DNA of 64,000 nucleotides from a virus (Duplodnaviria; Heunggongvirae; Uroviricota; Caudoviricetes): IMG/VR virus record IMGVR_UViG_3300045988_149737; one strand, 5' to 3'. Shown piece by piece: positions 17,714 to 27,623 of this stretch (position 1 is its first letter; each line of letters starts with the position of its first letter). The notes under the pieces were generated by a model. It saw only the letters and a program-made list of their open reading frames with translations, ran no database searches and was not told where the DNA came from. The position numbers and the translations under genes were made by a program.

Positions 17714-19822
17714 ATGTCTAAAAAACGTTCCATCAAAGAGGTTCAGGACTTCCGTGACAGTGTAAAACGAGTAGTCGCTCTCCTTTCAGGTAAAAACATC
17801 CCTGTTGCAGAACGAGGGGACGACGCTTATGTACGCTATAACGATGATGGAGAGCCAATTCTCGTAAACATCCCATCAATCCCGGATAACGCAACACCGG
17901 CATTGATGAATGCTGTGCGCGGATTTCTCGATCATGAGGTTGCTCACATTTTGTTTACCGATATTCGTGTGTCCAACAAAATGAGAGAAAAAGGACGCGT
18001 TCCTTCCTGGTCGCTATGGAATGCCTTAGAAGACGTGTTCATCGAGCGAAAAATGGGTCAGGTCTTTAACGGAACAAGACGTAATCTGATGGCAACTCAG
18101 CGCCTTATAATCGAAAAAGTCTTTAAACCAAAGGCTTCAGAGGCTATTGCTTATTGTGGCAAAGATCAGCGCGCGCTTTTTCTAAACTTCTTTCTCTGTC
18201 CGGTTGTAAGAGCCTGGGATGGCCAAGCACCGTTCGTAGATTTCATGGATGAATATTGGCCTGTCATTGAGAAACCAATTTCATTATTAAAAGAACATGG
18301 TATCGATGTGGCCGTGCGTAACATGTCTTGCACCGAGGATTGTGTAAAGGTGGCTGCAACCATAGCTAAGATCCTCAAAGACACTGAAAGTGAAAGCAAA
18401 GGTAAGGAGTCAGCTCCGGGAAAAACTTCCGATCCTTCAGACGCTGACCAGACGGATGCCTCTGGAGAAAATAATGAAGATAACGAAGATCATGAGACAT
18501 CCTCAGCGTTAGATAATCACAAATCTATCAAACCAGAATCACACAGTAAGCACAAACATGATAATAACGACAGTGATGATTCAGATAATTCTGAATCATC
18601 AGAGACAATATTCAATGATACAGAAAATGATAAAGAGGTATCAGATTCTGGTGCTTCTGATAACGCGGCGTCAGAATCATTTACCACTGACCACGAAAAA
18701 AGAAAATCGACAGAAGACGGCTCTTCAGACATACCAACTCCGTCAAAAATGAGTCTGGAAGAGGCTTTAGAGGAGTTGGATAGCATGGAAGATGAAGTCG
18801 GAGGCATGACAGAAGATGCGCTATCCGAAACGATTAAAAGCGAGTTAACAGAAAGCTCGAAAAGCGAATACAGGCCATACAATCGCTCATACGACTTCAT
18901 CGGCTCGATTGATCAGGCAGAAGCCCATATCAAACGGCTTATTAAAACATTCTCCGATATTGATTTAGGTGGATATCCAATCAGCCGTTATCGCATCGTT
19001 CCTGAAGGCAACCAACTCTTCGACAAATATATTGAAAAGCACCTTTCGTCAGGTGTTTCGTCGACGCTGGCAAAAGACCTGGAACGTGCAATAGCAAGCA
19101 GAAACAGAGTTCAGTTTATACCTGGCCAGCGTCGGGGGCGCATTCATGGTTCAAGTATCTACAGATTAACAATGAATGATGATCGCGTGTTTCGTAAAAA
19201 AGAAGAATCTAAAGCCGTTAACGCCTGTGTTCAACAAGTGATTGATTTATCTGGTTCAATGAGTGGCGAAACGATAAAACTAGCTCTTGCAAGTGCATAT
19301 ACCATCGCCGATGCACTTGATCGAATAAATGTTCCCAACATTATCACCGGCTTCACTACATTTGGCAGTCATATGGCAGCAGGAGAACTTAAGGCTATCA
19401 AATATGAGTTCTCTCGCTTTGAATCTTTAATGCTACCTATCATCAAAAATTGGAATGAAAAAGCAAATTCTCGCGAAGTTCGCTCACGTATGGGGTGCGT
19501 AGGCTACACATTCCCACTTCTTAATAACGTGGATGGTGAAAGCATAGCCAGCCTTGCATCGTTATTTTCCGGTCGCATGGAGGACAGGAAGATCATGCTT
19601 GTTCTGAGCGATGGCGAGCCGTGGGCTGTTGGGAGAGGTTTTGACGCTCATTTGCGTTCGGTTGCGAAGCAAATTGAAACGCAGACTGACATTGATTTGA
19701 TGGCAATTGGCATCATGACTGACGCACCGGAGAGATTTTACTCAAATCATGCCCTGGTAACGAGCGTTGATAGTCTTGGTTCATCTGTAGTTACTGAACT
19801 ATCTCGTATCATTTTGAAGTAA
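17714..19822 (+). CDS. vWA-domain protein (CobT-like) with acidic low-complexity region
   Basis: MIDAS-like DLSGSMSGE and downstream vWA pattern; long D/S/E-rich segment; precedes AAA+ ATPase gene. Confidence 0.55.
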   Translation: MSKKRSIKEVQDFRDSVKRVVALLSGKNIPVAERGDDAYVRYNDDGEPILVNIPSIPDNATPALMNAVRGFLDHEVAHILFTDIRVSNKMREKGRVPSWSLWNALEDVFIERKMGQVFNGTRRNLMATQRLIIEKVFKPKASEAIAYCGKDQRALFLNFFLCPVVRAWDGQAPFVDFMDEYWPVIEKPISLLKEHGIDVAVRNMSCTEDCVKVAATIAKILKDTESESKGKESAPGKTSDPSDADQTDASGENNEDNEDHETSSALDNHKSIKPESHSKHKHDNNDSDDSDNSESSETIFNDTENDKEVSDSGASDNAASESFTTDHEKRKSTEDGSSDIPTPSKMSLEEALEELDSMEDEVGGMTEDALSETIKSELTESSKSEYRPYNRSYDFIGSIDQAEAHIKRLIKTFSDIDLGGYPISRYRIVPEGNQLFDKYIEKHLSSGVSSTLAKDLERAIASRNRVQFIPGQRRGRIHGSSIYRLTMNDDRVFRKKEESKAVNACVQQVIDLSGSMSGETIKLALASAYTIADALDRINVPNIITGFTTFGSHMAAGELKAIKYEFSRFESLMLPIIKNWNEKANSREVRSRMGCVGYTFPLLNNVDGESIASLASLFSGRMEDRKIMLVLSDGEPWAVGRGFDAHLRSVAKQIETQTDIDLMAIGIMTDAPERFYSNHALVTSVDSLGSSVVTELSRIILK

Positions 19823-19917
19823 TTAAAACAGCCTTAATGATAAGTAACTACTTACCATAGTTAATGGTATATTTATATAAGAACTTGAACGCTCATTAGA
19901 GAACAAAGGAAAAGCGC

Positions 19918-21153
19918 ATGACTACTACTGCACTGCAAAATGATAAAAATCCTTCTGATTACCTTGTTTGCAAGTGGTGCGGCAAATCATTTCACTATTT
20001 TAAGTCCCATGTAGCCAATGGTAATTGCGAGGGCATTCCTGAGTCAGTAAAAGATGCCGATCCTGACACCGTACTGAAAATGTACACAACGCAGTTTCCA
20101 GATGAGCCAACGCTATCGAAAAAGGCACTTGATGCAATTCAAGCTAAACGTGCCGAGCAAAAAAGCGAAATGGCCAAATCTTCTGGCTTGACCAGTAACC
20201 CTGGCTACACAGGCACAGTTGAGTACAAGACAGATCTGGTCGCAGCTCACGAACTGCTAAACGTAACGGTGGAAGAACTCGGAACAAAACGTGGGACGCC
20301 GCTCATGGTTAGCGTCAACGTCAATACGCCGTATCCAGAGTTCGTTCCCGAAGTGAAGAAAGGCTACGTATATGGCGACTTCGAACTGATCAAAGATATT
20401 TTCATGATGCTTGAACTTGGCATACCTGGCTATTTGTGGGGTCATGCAGGAACAGGCAAATCGTCATTGCCTACACAGCTATGTGCTTTGCTCAATCGTC
20501 CGTTGATCCGTGCCCAACATACAGCATCAATGGAAGAGGCACATGTTACGGGGCAAATTCTGGCGCGTGATGGCTCTACGTATTTCGAACCTGGCTTGCT
20601 TGCGCTCGCAATGAAGCATGGCTGGGTTTACCTCGCGGATGAATACGACTTTGCGTTTCCACAAATTCTTGGCGTGTATCAGCCAGTGCTGGAAGGTGAG
20701 GCGTTGGTCATCAAAGAGGCAACTCCAGAATGGCGTCGCATTACTCCGCATGAACGGTTTGCTTTCATTGGCACTGGCAACACAAACGGTTCTGGTGATG
20801 AAACCGGCTTGTACCAGGGTACAAACATCCAGAACGCCGCGAACTTTTCGCGTTTTGGCATCGTTTCAAATGTGAAATACATGAGCAAAGAGGCAGAGAT
20901 CAACATGTTGATAAATGCCGGCATCGTGGATGAATACGCTGAAAAGATGGTTAAGTTTGCCGGTATCGTTCGCGATGGTTACGAAGAACACAACATCAGC
21001 CAACCGATTGGGCCTCGTGAGCTTTTGTTGTCGGCCAAGATTGGAATGATGCGAGGCGACTTTGTGACAGGTATTGAGCGTTCTTTCATTAACAAACTCC
21101 CTTCAGCTTCTGCACAAGCAGCTCGTGAAGTTGTTCAAAAAATATTTGGTTAA
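19918..21153 (+). CDS. AAA+ ATPase (MoxR/CobS-like)
   Basis: Walker A GHAGTGKSS, Walker B VYLADEYD; N-terminal Cys cluster CKWCGK. Confidence 0.6.
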   Translation: MTTTALQNDKNPSDYLVCKWCGKSFHYFKSHVANGNCEGIPESVKDADPDTVLKMYTTQFPDEPTLSKKALDAIQAKRAEQKSEMAKSSGLTSNPGYTGTVEYKTDLVAAHELLNVTVEELGTKRGTPLMVSVNVNTPYPEFVPEVKKGYVYGDFELIKDIFMMLELGIPGYLWGHAGTGKSSLPTQLCALLNRPLIRAQHTASMEEAHVTGQILARDGSTYFEPGLLALAMKHGWVYLADEYDFAFPQILGVYQPVLEGEALVIKEATPEWRRITPHERFAFIGTGNTNGSGDETGLYQGTNIQNAANFSRFGIVSNVKYMSKEAEINMLINAGIVDEYAEKMVKFAGIVRDGYEEHNISQPIGPRELLLSAKIGMMRGDFVTGIERSFINKLPSASAQAAREVVQKIFG

Positions 21154-21155
21154 TC

Positions 21156-21359
21156 GTGCGTAAAGGATGTTTCGGCTCTCTTATCGCTGCTTCTGAAACT
21201 GGTAAGGCTTGTCTGGTGTGTCCAGACAAGCCCGATTGTCACCAATCAGCAAAAGAAGTTGCGATTTCGATGCATGGGAAGTTTGTAGGCTTCCCCAATG
21301 ACAAAATCCAAAAAACCAGAAAGGTAAAAACACATGAAGGCACTGATGGTTCGAACTGA
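21156..21359 (+). CDS. small Cys-rich protein
   Basis: 67 aa with C..C and C..C pairs; overlaps polymerase start. Confidence 0.3.
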   Translation: MRKGCFGSLIAASETGKACLVCPDKPDCHQSAKEVAISMHGKFVGFPNDKIQKTRKVKTHEGTDGSN

Positions 21360-24300
21360 CTTCTCACTTGGGGAGTCGGCTCTAAAAGCAGAAAACGCGG
21401 TGAAGATTGCCAGAGAAGCTGGCTACACCGCTGTAATTTCAGCAGATAGCATGAATATTGCGAGTGTTATTCCACTACAACGTGCCGCTGGTGACGACAT
21501 GGCGGTTATTTGTGGTGTGAAACTAAACATTGTTGATGATCCCACATACGAGCACCGGGCTAAACTTGCTAAAGAATCTATGAGATGTATGGAATCATTA
21601 GAGCGGGGACGTAACTACTCGTTTACCGCTCTAATTAAAAATGAGCAAGGATATCGCGACATCTGCGAACTAATGACGGTGGCCAACACACGAGAACAGT
21701 TCTACTTTGTACCGCGTCTCTCGCTCGAACAGTTGGTTTCTACATATGCCAAAGGCAACATCATCCTGCTCACTTCCGACATCGGTAGCGTGTTCCAACG
21801 CAACGATTTTGCAAAAATCATAAGCTCACTGATTACAGCGGGCGGGAAAGACAACTTCTATAGCGTGGTTTATCCGCACCCTACCCCATTCTACGACCAG
21901 ATTAACGTCCGGGCGATGAAAGTAGCCAGCGCACTGAAAATAGAGCCAGTAGCGTTTTATCCCGCTTATTACGAATCGATCGACGATGCTGACATTAAAG
22001 ACATTGCGCACATGGTTACGAACAACATCAAAATCGACCAGCCGCATCGTCTGCGTATCCCCCACCAGCGAGATAACGCCATCAATGGTCGTCGCCATCT
22101 CCTTGAGGCGCTTAAAGCCTTCTCCGTTCGCATGGATGTGCCGGTAACAGCTGCAATGGCCTCAACAACGCAGGACTCCATTATCGATGCCTGCACATGG
22201 CGCTGGCATGAATTGCCACCAGCACTGCCCAAGATGGCAGACGACGAACCTGCAACGCTGATGAAACTGGCTGTTGAAGGGCTGCGTAAACGTCTTACCA
22301 CAAAAGAGTTTGGATACACACCACCTGCTTCTGAGAACAGGGTTTATGTTGAGCGGCTAAAGTACGAAATGGACACGCTGACTCGCCTGGGATTTTGTGG
22401 TTACTTCCTGATGGTACGCGATCTGATGAATCACAGCCGTGAAACTGGCATTCCTGTCGGGCCTGGTCGTGGTTCCTCTGCCGGTTCTCTGGTGGCGTGG
22501 TGCATAGGCATAACCAACGTCGACCCAATCCGTCACGGTCTTCTGTTTGAGCGTTTCATCAACCCTGAGCGTCTCGACTTGCCGGATGCGGACTTGGACT
22601 TCAGCCAGGCACGTCGCCATGAGGTGATCGAGTATCTGAATGAACGCTACGGCGAAGATTACGTTGCAGGCATTCCGAACTTCACCTATCTGGGCGCGGC
22701 ATCTGCGCTGCGTGACACTGCACGTATTTACGGTGTCGATGCTGCGGATATGGCGGTATCCAAAGAGTTCAAGAATATGGAGGACGACAGCCTGTCTCTG
22801 GAAGAGCTGCGCGAACAACTGGCAAGTCTCGACAAATACGCAACAAAATATCCTGATGCATTCAATGCAGCCTGCAAGTTACAAAGCCTTATGCGTGGCT
22901 TTGGTAGACATGCGGCAGGGATGATCGTAGCAGGTGTTCCTCTGACAGAACGTACACCGGTTGAGCGCCGTGGTGACGCGCGTTGTATCGCATTTGACAA
23001 GCGTTACTGCGAGGCTATGGGCCTAATTAAGCTGGACGTGCTTGGCCTGGCAACTCTCGATTTGCTCGATAGTGCAAAACGCTACATAAAAGAGAACACA
23101 GGTGAAGATATCAATCTTGATGCCATTTCTCTTGAAGATCGCAAGGTGCTGGATGGTTTTGCTGCTGGGTACACTCAAGGTGTTTTCCAGCTTGAATCAG
23201 GCCCAATGCGCAAGCTGCTTAAAGATTTAGGTGGTGGAATTGAGCCAATGAGCTTTAAAACGGTCGTCGCTACAACTGCGCTCTTCCGGCCGGGGCCAAT
23301 TCAATCAGGCATGTTGGATGACTATGTTTCTGTCGCCAAAGGCTTTATGACGCCGGAATCATTACACCCCGTTCTTGATGAACTTACCGCGGAAACAAAT
23401 GGCGTGATTCTCTATCAGGAACAGACGATGAACGCGACTCGATTGCTTGCCGGCTTCACAATGGCTGAAGCTGACGCTGTGCGTTCCGCAATCGGTAAGA
23501 AGAACATGGAAAAAATGAAGAGCATGGGCGAGAAGTTCATCGTTCAGGCTCAAGCTGGCTGGATAGACGTTGAGCTGGAAGATGGCACTACACAGCGCAT
23601 TCACCGTGCGGAACATTTTAAATGCGAAGACGGAACTCTGAAAACTGTCGAAGAGGCGTTGGAGCATGGAGTGAAGCTGCCAATGCCAGTTGTGCGCGTT
23701 ACAACGTCACATCCAGGTCTGTCTGAGACGAAGGCAAAAGAGATATGGACTGCATTTGAGAAAAACGGAGCCTATCAGTTCAATAAATCACACTCCGTTG
23801 CTTATTCTTTAATCAGTTATCAGTCTATGTGGCTAAAGACGCACTACCCTGCTGAGTTCTTCGCAGCTGCGCTCACCATTCTGGGCGAGGATAAGCATCA
23901 GGGGCTGGTGAAGGATGCGCTGACCTATGGCATTCGCGTATTGCCACCAGACGTTAATGTGTCATCTAACCGAATTGAGATCCGCACACTCGAAGACGGC
24001 AGTCAGGCACTGTATGCGCCATTCTCTGCTGTGAAAGGCTGTTCTGAAAATGGTTGTCAGGCAATTATGCGTGCGCGTGAGAAAGTTGGTGGCAAATTCG
24101 AGTCAGTGGCACAATTCGATGAAGCGGTCGAGAAGCGTGCATGTAACAGTCGTGTACGCGAGTCGCTTCATAAAGTAGGGGCTTTTGCGTCAATTGAGCC
24201 AGGCAGTCTGCCAGCAACTGATCCTGAACGACTGCGCGACCAGGCTGAGCTGATGGGCAATCTCATCATTGACGCTGTTAAAGCATCACGTCCGTTCGAA

Positions 24301-24852
24301 ATGAATCCTAAGCGTTCTGCCGAAATCAACGTACTCATGACACGTATGGCGGCTGAAATGGGCTTGGGTGAGGAGTTGATACGCCCGACTATTGGTATTA
24401 AACCCAAAATCATGATCATTCTGGACAATGCGAACGGCAATGACGCTCGTACCGGCTACTTCATGGAGAACGGATACGACGACTTTAAGGCAAAACTACT
24501 GACAGTTGGAGATCTGCGCATGGGCGATCTTTATGTCACGGGTGTTTGTAAGAAGGTTAAGGACAAAGAAAAAGACTACACCAAAGACGAGATCGGCCAG
24601 TTCACCGACTTTATGCGTGAAGAGATCAATCTGGTGCGTCCAACCTACATTTTGACGTGTGGTAGTCGTTCAACCGCACTATTTAACAATAAGAGTAAAC
24701 CATCAGATCTGATTGGTCGTAAGGAGTACTTCCCGGAGCTTGATGCAACCGTCTTCTACGGATTTAACCCGAATATCCTGTACTTCCGACCGGAAGAAGG
24801 AGAGCGACTGGAGGCCATTCTGGCTGATATCGCGGAGACGATAAATAAGTAA
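21334..24852 (+). CDS. dnaE: DnaE-type (Pol III alpha-like) DNA polymerase with N-terminal PHP domain
   Basis: GPGRGSSAGSLVAWCIGITNVDPI...LLFERFINPER...PDADLDF matches Pol III alpha catalytic core; 1172 aa; RBS context AAAGGTAAAAACACATG. Confidence 0.8.
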   Translation: MKALMVRTDFSLGESALKAENAVKIAREAGYTAVISADSMNIASVIPLQRAAGDDMAVICGVKLNIVDDPTYEHRAKLAKESMRCMESLERGRNYSFTALIKNEQGYRDICELMTVANTREQFYFVPRLSLEQLVSTYAKGNIILLTSDIGSVFQRNDFAKIISSLITAGGKDNFYSVVYPHPTPFYDQINVRAMKVASALKIEPVAFYPAYYESIDDADIKDIAHMVTNNIKIDQPHRLRIPHQRDNAINGRRHLLEALKAFSVRMDVPVTAAMASTTQDSIIDACTWRWHELPPALPKMADDEPATLMKLAVEGLRKRLTTKEFGYTPPASENRVYVERLKYEMDTLTRLGFCGYFLMVRDLMNHSRETGIPVGPGRGSSAGSLVAWCIGITNVDPIRHGLLFERFINPERLDLPDADLDFSQARRHEVIEYLNERYGEDYVAGIPNFTYLGAASALRDTARIYGVDAADMAVSKEFKNMEDDSLSLEELREQLASLDKYATKYPDAFNAACKLQSLMRGFGRHAAGMIVAGVPLTERTPVERRGDARCIAFDKRYCEAMGLIKLDVLGLATLDLLDSAKRYIKENTGEDINLDAISLEDRKVLDGFAAGYTQGVFQLESGPMRKLLKDLGGGIEPMSFKTVVATTALFRPGPIQSGMLDDYVSVAKGFMTPESLHPVLDELTAETNGVILYQEQTMNATRLLAGFTMAEADAVRSAIGKKNMEKMKSMGEKFIVQAQAGWIDVELEDGTTQRIHRAEHFKCEDGTLKTVEEALEHGVKLPMPVVRVTTSHPGLSETKAKEIWTAFEKNGAYQFNKSHSVAYSLISYQSMWLKTHYPAEFFAAALTILGEDKHQGLVKDALTYGIRVLPPDVNVSSNRIEIRTLEDGSQALYAPFSAVKGCSENGCQAIMRAREKVGGKFESVAQFDEAVEKRACNSRVRESLHKVGAFASIEPGSLPATDPERLRDQAELMGNLIIDAVKASRPFEMNPKRSAEINVLMTRMAAEMGLGEELIRPTIGIKPKIMIILDNANGNDARTGYFMENGYDDFKAKLLTVGDLRMGDLYVTGVCKKVKDKEKDYTKDEIGQFTDFMREEINLVRPTYILTCGSRSTALFNNKSKPSDLIGRKEYFPELDATVFYGFNPNILYFRPEEGERLEAILADIAETINK

Positions 24853-24856
24853 TAAA

Positions 24857-24884
24857 GAAAACCCGCCAACTGGCGGGTTTCATT
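24857..24884. terminator. bidirectional rho-independent terminator
   Basis: AAACCCGCCaactGGCGGGTTT between convergent genes. Confidence 0.75.
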
Positions 24885-25446
24885 ATGCGCATTTCGCAAT
24901 ATCCTTGCGGCGTTTAATCAGTTTCTCAGCAATTTGCTCTATTTCGTTGAAATCTTTCGAGACGCTGTTTCGAAGCGCCAGATTCCATTTACTCAAAGTT
25001 CGGGCATTTTGGACAATCTGATCGCCCTCTTTAAGTCGTCCGTTATCCATGAGCCATTCAGCCACATCAGCCCAATCCCACAGAGGCGACTGGCCTTTTA
25101 TGCGTTGTACAGGGCAAGGGAAGTCGCCGCTTCCGCGCTTACCGTCTTTGAGCAACGCCACAGCCTGGCGAGACAGGTCTGTCAGTTCCGCGATATCGCT
25201 TAAGCCCACAAGAGCCGAGTCGACGGATTCAACAATTGCACCGATACCGGCTGATTCAATATTGTCGACCGCAGATGCGATAGCTGCATCAAGTGATTGT
25301 GCTTCGCGGTCAAATTCTACATAGACGGAGTTTCCATATGCGCAAATTAGCGCATCGTCACAGCCGTTTTGGTACAGCGCGTCTTCCAGTCCTTCCGTCT
25401 CATACGATACGCCTGAGAGCGTCAGAGTGAAGTTATAAAGCGCCAT
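24883..25446 (-). CDS. DNA-binding protein with AlpA-like HTH C-terminus
   Basis: Internal Met at 25446 has AAGGAA RBS; C-terminal IAELTDLSRQAVALL...FPCPV...W.W.DV..WL matches AlpA/excisionase-type HTH. Confidence 0.5.
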   Translation of the reverse strand: MALYNFTLTLSGVSYETEGLEDALYQNGCDDALICAYGNSVYVEFDREAQSLDAAIASAVDNIESAGIGAIVESVDSALVGLSDIAELTDLSRQAVALLKDGKRGSGDFPCPVQRIKGQSPLWDWADVAEWLMDNGRLKEGDQIVQNARTLSKWNLALRNSVSKDFNEIEQIAEKLIKRRKDIAKCA

Positions 25447-25506
25447 AGTATTCCTTTGAAGATAGTTGGACAGTTTCTGCAAAAGGCGGCAATAGCCGCC
25501 TTGAAA

Positions 25507-25731
25507 TCATTTACAACGATCAACCATTCGTTTGATCTGTTTGGCATGGTTTTCGGGATTACCCGGAGTCGACCATACGCTCATTTGGTGAGTTTTGTGT
25601 TCACCTTCTGGATTACCGCATCTCAGTCTGCAAAAACAATGTGCAGCACCACCAGCTGCTACCCAGATCCAGCCTTTACTTAATGCATAGTCAATGGCTG
25701 CTTGAATATGCTTATTCGGATGTTGCTTCAT
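25507..25731 (-). CDS. small basic Cys/His-rich protein, possible partner of 24883..25446
   Basis: 74 aa; 60 bp upstream of the HTH gene on the same strand. Confidence 0.35.
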   Translation of the reverse strand: MKQHPNKHIQAAIDYALSKGWIWVAAGGAAHCFCRLRCGNPEGEHKTHQMSVWSTPGNPENHAKQIKRMVDRCK

Positions 25732-25985
25732 TCGCCTCCGATAATAGTATTCTATTCACAGTGTTGACATCTGTCAACGGCGACTGAATTTCATCCGTTC
25801 ATGCCATACCCCCATCCATCTCATGTATGTGACCTAAAGATGGTCAGCACAGCTTACCAAAATAAGACAACTAATTATCTTCGGTGATCTCAATATTTTC
25901 CCCTGAACAAAGTTGACATGACGCCATAAACCCGTTCTCTGTTTGATATAATTGATACAGATTTTATAAGTAGGAACCTATTAGA

Positions 25986-26417
25986 GTGAACACTGATATT
26001 TTTTCTAAAATCATGGCCGATCTGGAGTTCGACCGCGACAACCTTGAGGAAGTATGGCGTAAACAGCCACGGCTTTTAATGGAGTATGGGTCAAAACTAG
26101 CGCAGGCAGATCGAGATGTCGCAGAGGCAAAACTTAACCTTGAAGCTGTTGAAGCAAAGCTATACGACACAGAGCGTAAGAACTTGAGTATGAACGGCAT
26201 TAAGTTCAACGAGTCTGTACTGGACGCTAAGGTTAAAACAAACCCACAGTATCTGTCTAAACGGCAGAAGTTGGATGAAGCACGGCACATCGCAGACATA
26301 TACAAACATGCTGTCGCCGCCTTTTCGCATCGCCGAGACATGATCGTTCAGGCGTCAAAGATGGCCATCGTTGAATTAGAGCGATTAGGCTCTGAACGCT
26401 TTATTACTCCCCGTTGA
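25986..26417 (+). CDS. hypothetical helical protein (recombination mediator candidate)
   Basis: 143 aa immediately upstream of SSB; weak UvsY-like composition only. Confidence 0.3.
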   Translation: MNTDIFSKIMADLEFDRDNLEEVWRKQPRLLMEYGSKLAQADRDVAEAKLNLEAVEAKLYDTERKNLSMNGIKFNESVLDAKVKTNPQYLSKRQKLDEARHIADIYKHAVAAFSHRRDMIVQASKMAIVELERLGSERFITPR

Positions 26418-26534
26418 TTTTTGATAGATAATAAGTAAGTACTGATCTATCATTTAACAGCTCGAAAGAGCCACGAATGAACGAAAGCCCAACGCGCATA
26501 GCGCCATCGGCCAAATCACAACAAGGAGAAACAC

Positions 26535-27563
26535 ATGTCTAAGACATTACTTGATTTGCTTAACAAAACTCGTGAAGACATTGCCGCCAAACGTGGCAAC
26601 AACGTTGATCTGACTCGCTTAAAAGACGGCGTCAACTATATCCGCATCTTCCCGAATAAAGACGACCCAAACGGTAAGTTCTTCCAGACTTTCGGTATGC
26701 ACTACGTTAAGTATCAGAACGAGGAAGGTAAAGAAGCAACCAACGCTTATATTTGTGAGCAACATACTCACGGTCGCGCTTGTCAGCTATGCGAAATGGT
26801 TATGGAAGGTCGCGCTCGTCACAAGGGTAACAAAGCAATGGAAGAACGCATCGGTCAAATGCGTGCCACTCCTCGCTACCTGGTCAACGGCATTCTTTCT
26901 GCTCGTGAGGATTTCGCAGATGCTGAGAAATGCCAGTTAATCGAGCTGCCGTCTACTGTATTCGATGATATCTGCAAAGCAATCACCGAAGACATCGCTG
27001 ATGATATCGGCAATCCACTGAGCAAAGAGGAAGGCTACGCATTCCTGATTAAACGTACTGGCTCTGGTCGCGATACCAAATATGACGTCTCGCCTAAGCG
27101 TAAAGTCTACAAAGGCGATATCGAAGATAAATTCTGGAACACCCAGCATGATCTGATCGCATACGCAAATCAGGCTGATGAAACTCGTCTTCTGTCGACA
27201 GTTCGCACTATGGGTCGTCTGATTGGCATCGCTGCACCAACTGCCGCAGCATCTGCACCAGCAATTTCCTCAACCGCGAAAACATCGGCTGCGGCACTAC
27301 CTGGATTTGGCTCTGTCACTGGTCATACGGAGGGTGCGACTGCTGTAGCAACCGCGCACACCCCAGCTTCTGAACCAACCAGTCTGGTTGATGAAGAAAT
27401 CCTCCGTGCCGTTGAAACTGAATTTAAACCAGAAGCAAGTTCCGCTGCCGTTGCCGTATCAGTCAAAGAGTCTGAAGCAGTCGCAGCGACATCTGTAGCA
27501 GCCGCATCTGCGACGGAAGATGAAGGTCTGGATGACCTACTGAGAGAGCTGGACTCTCTGTAA
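26535..27563 (+). CDS. gp32-like single-stranded DNA-binding protein
   Basis: YIRIFPNKDDPNGKFF...H..C...C..C resembles T4 gp32 zinc/OB core; acidic C-terminal tail EDEGLDDLLRELDSL. Confidence 0.65.
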   Translation: MSKTLLDLLNKTREDIAAKRGNNVDLTRLKDGVNYIRIFPNKDDPNGKFFQTFGMHYVKYQNEEGKEATNAYICEQHTHGRACQLCEMVMEGRARHKGNKAMEERIGQMRATPRYLVNGILSAREDFADAEKCQLIELPSTVFDDICKAITEDIADDIGNPLSKEEGYAFLIKRTGSGRDTKYDVSPKRKVYKGDIEDKFWNTQHDLIAYANQADETRLLSTVRTMGRLIGIAAPTAAASAPAISSTAKTSAAALPGFGSVTGHTEGATAVATAHTPASEPTSLVDEEILRAVETEFKPEASSAAVAVSVKESEAVAATSVAAASATEDEGLDDLLRELDSL

Positions 27564-27580
27564 TCCCATTACGTGACCAG

Positions 27581-27608
27581 TAAGGCGTCTACGGACGCCT
27601 TACTTTTT
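27581..27608 (+). terminator. rho-independent terminator
   Basis: TAAGGCGTCtacgGACGCCTTA then CTTTTT. Confidence 0.7.
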
Positions 27609-27623
27609 GGAAGGAATGTACCG

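Noticed and set aside
18400-18900. Repetitive acidic D/S/E-rich stretch considered as a tandem-repeat or array feature
   Set aside because: It is in-frame within the vWA-domain ORF and translates to a low-complexity acidic linker; no DNA-level repeat unit beyond codon bias.
21826-23667. Several minus-strand ORFs of 77-153 aa inside the polymerase gene
   Set aside because: They lie antisense within a 1172-aa ORF with clear Pol III alpha motifs, have no RBS support or recognisable domains, and are typical GC-driven shadow ORFs.
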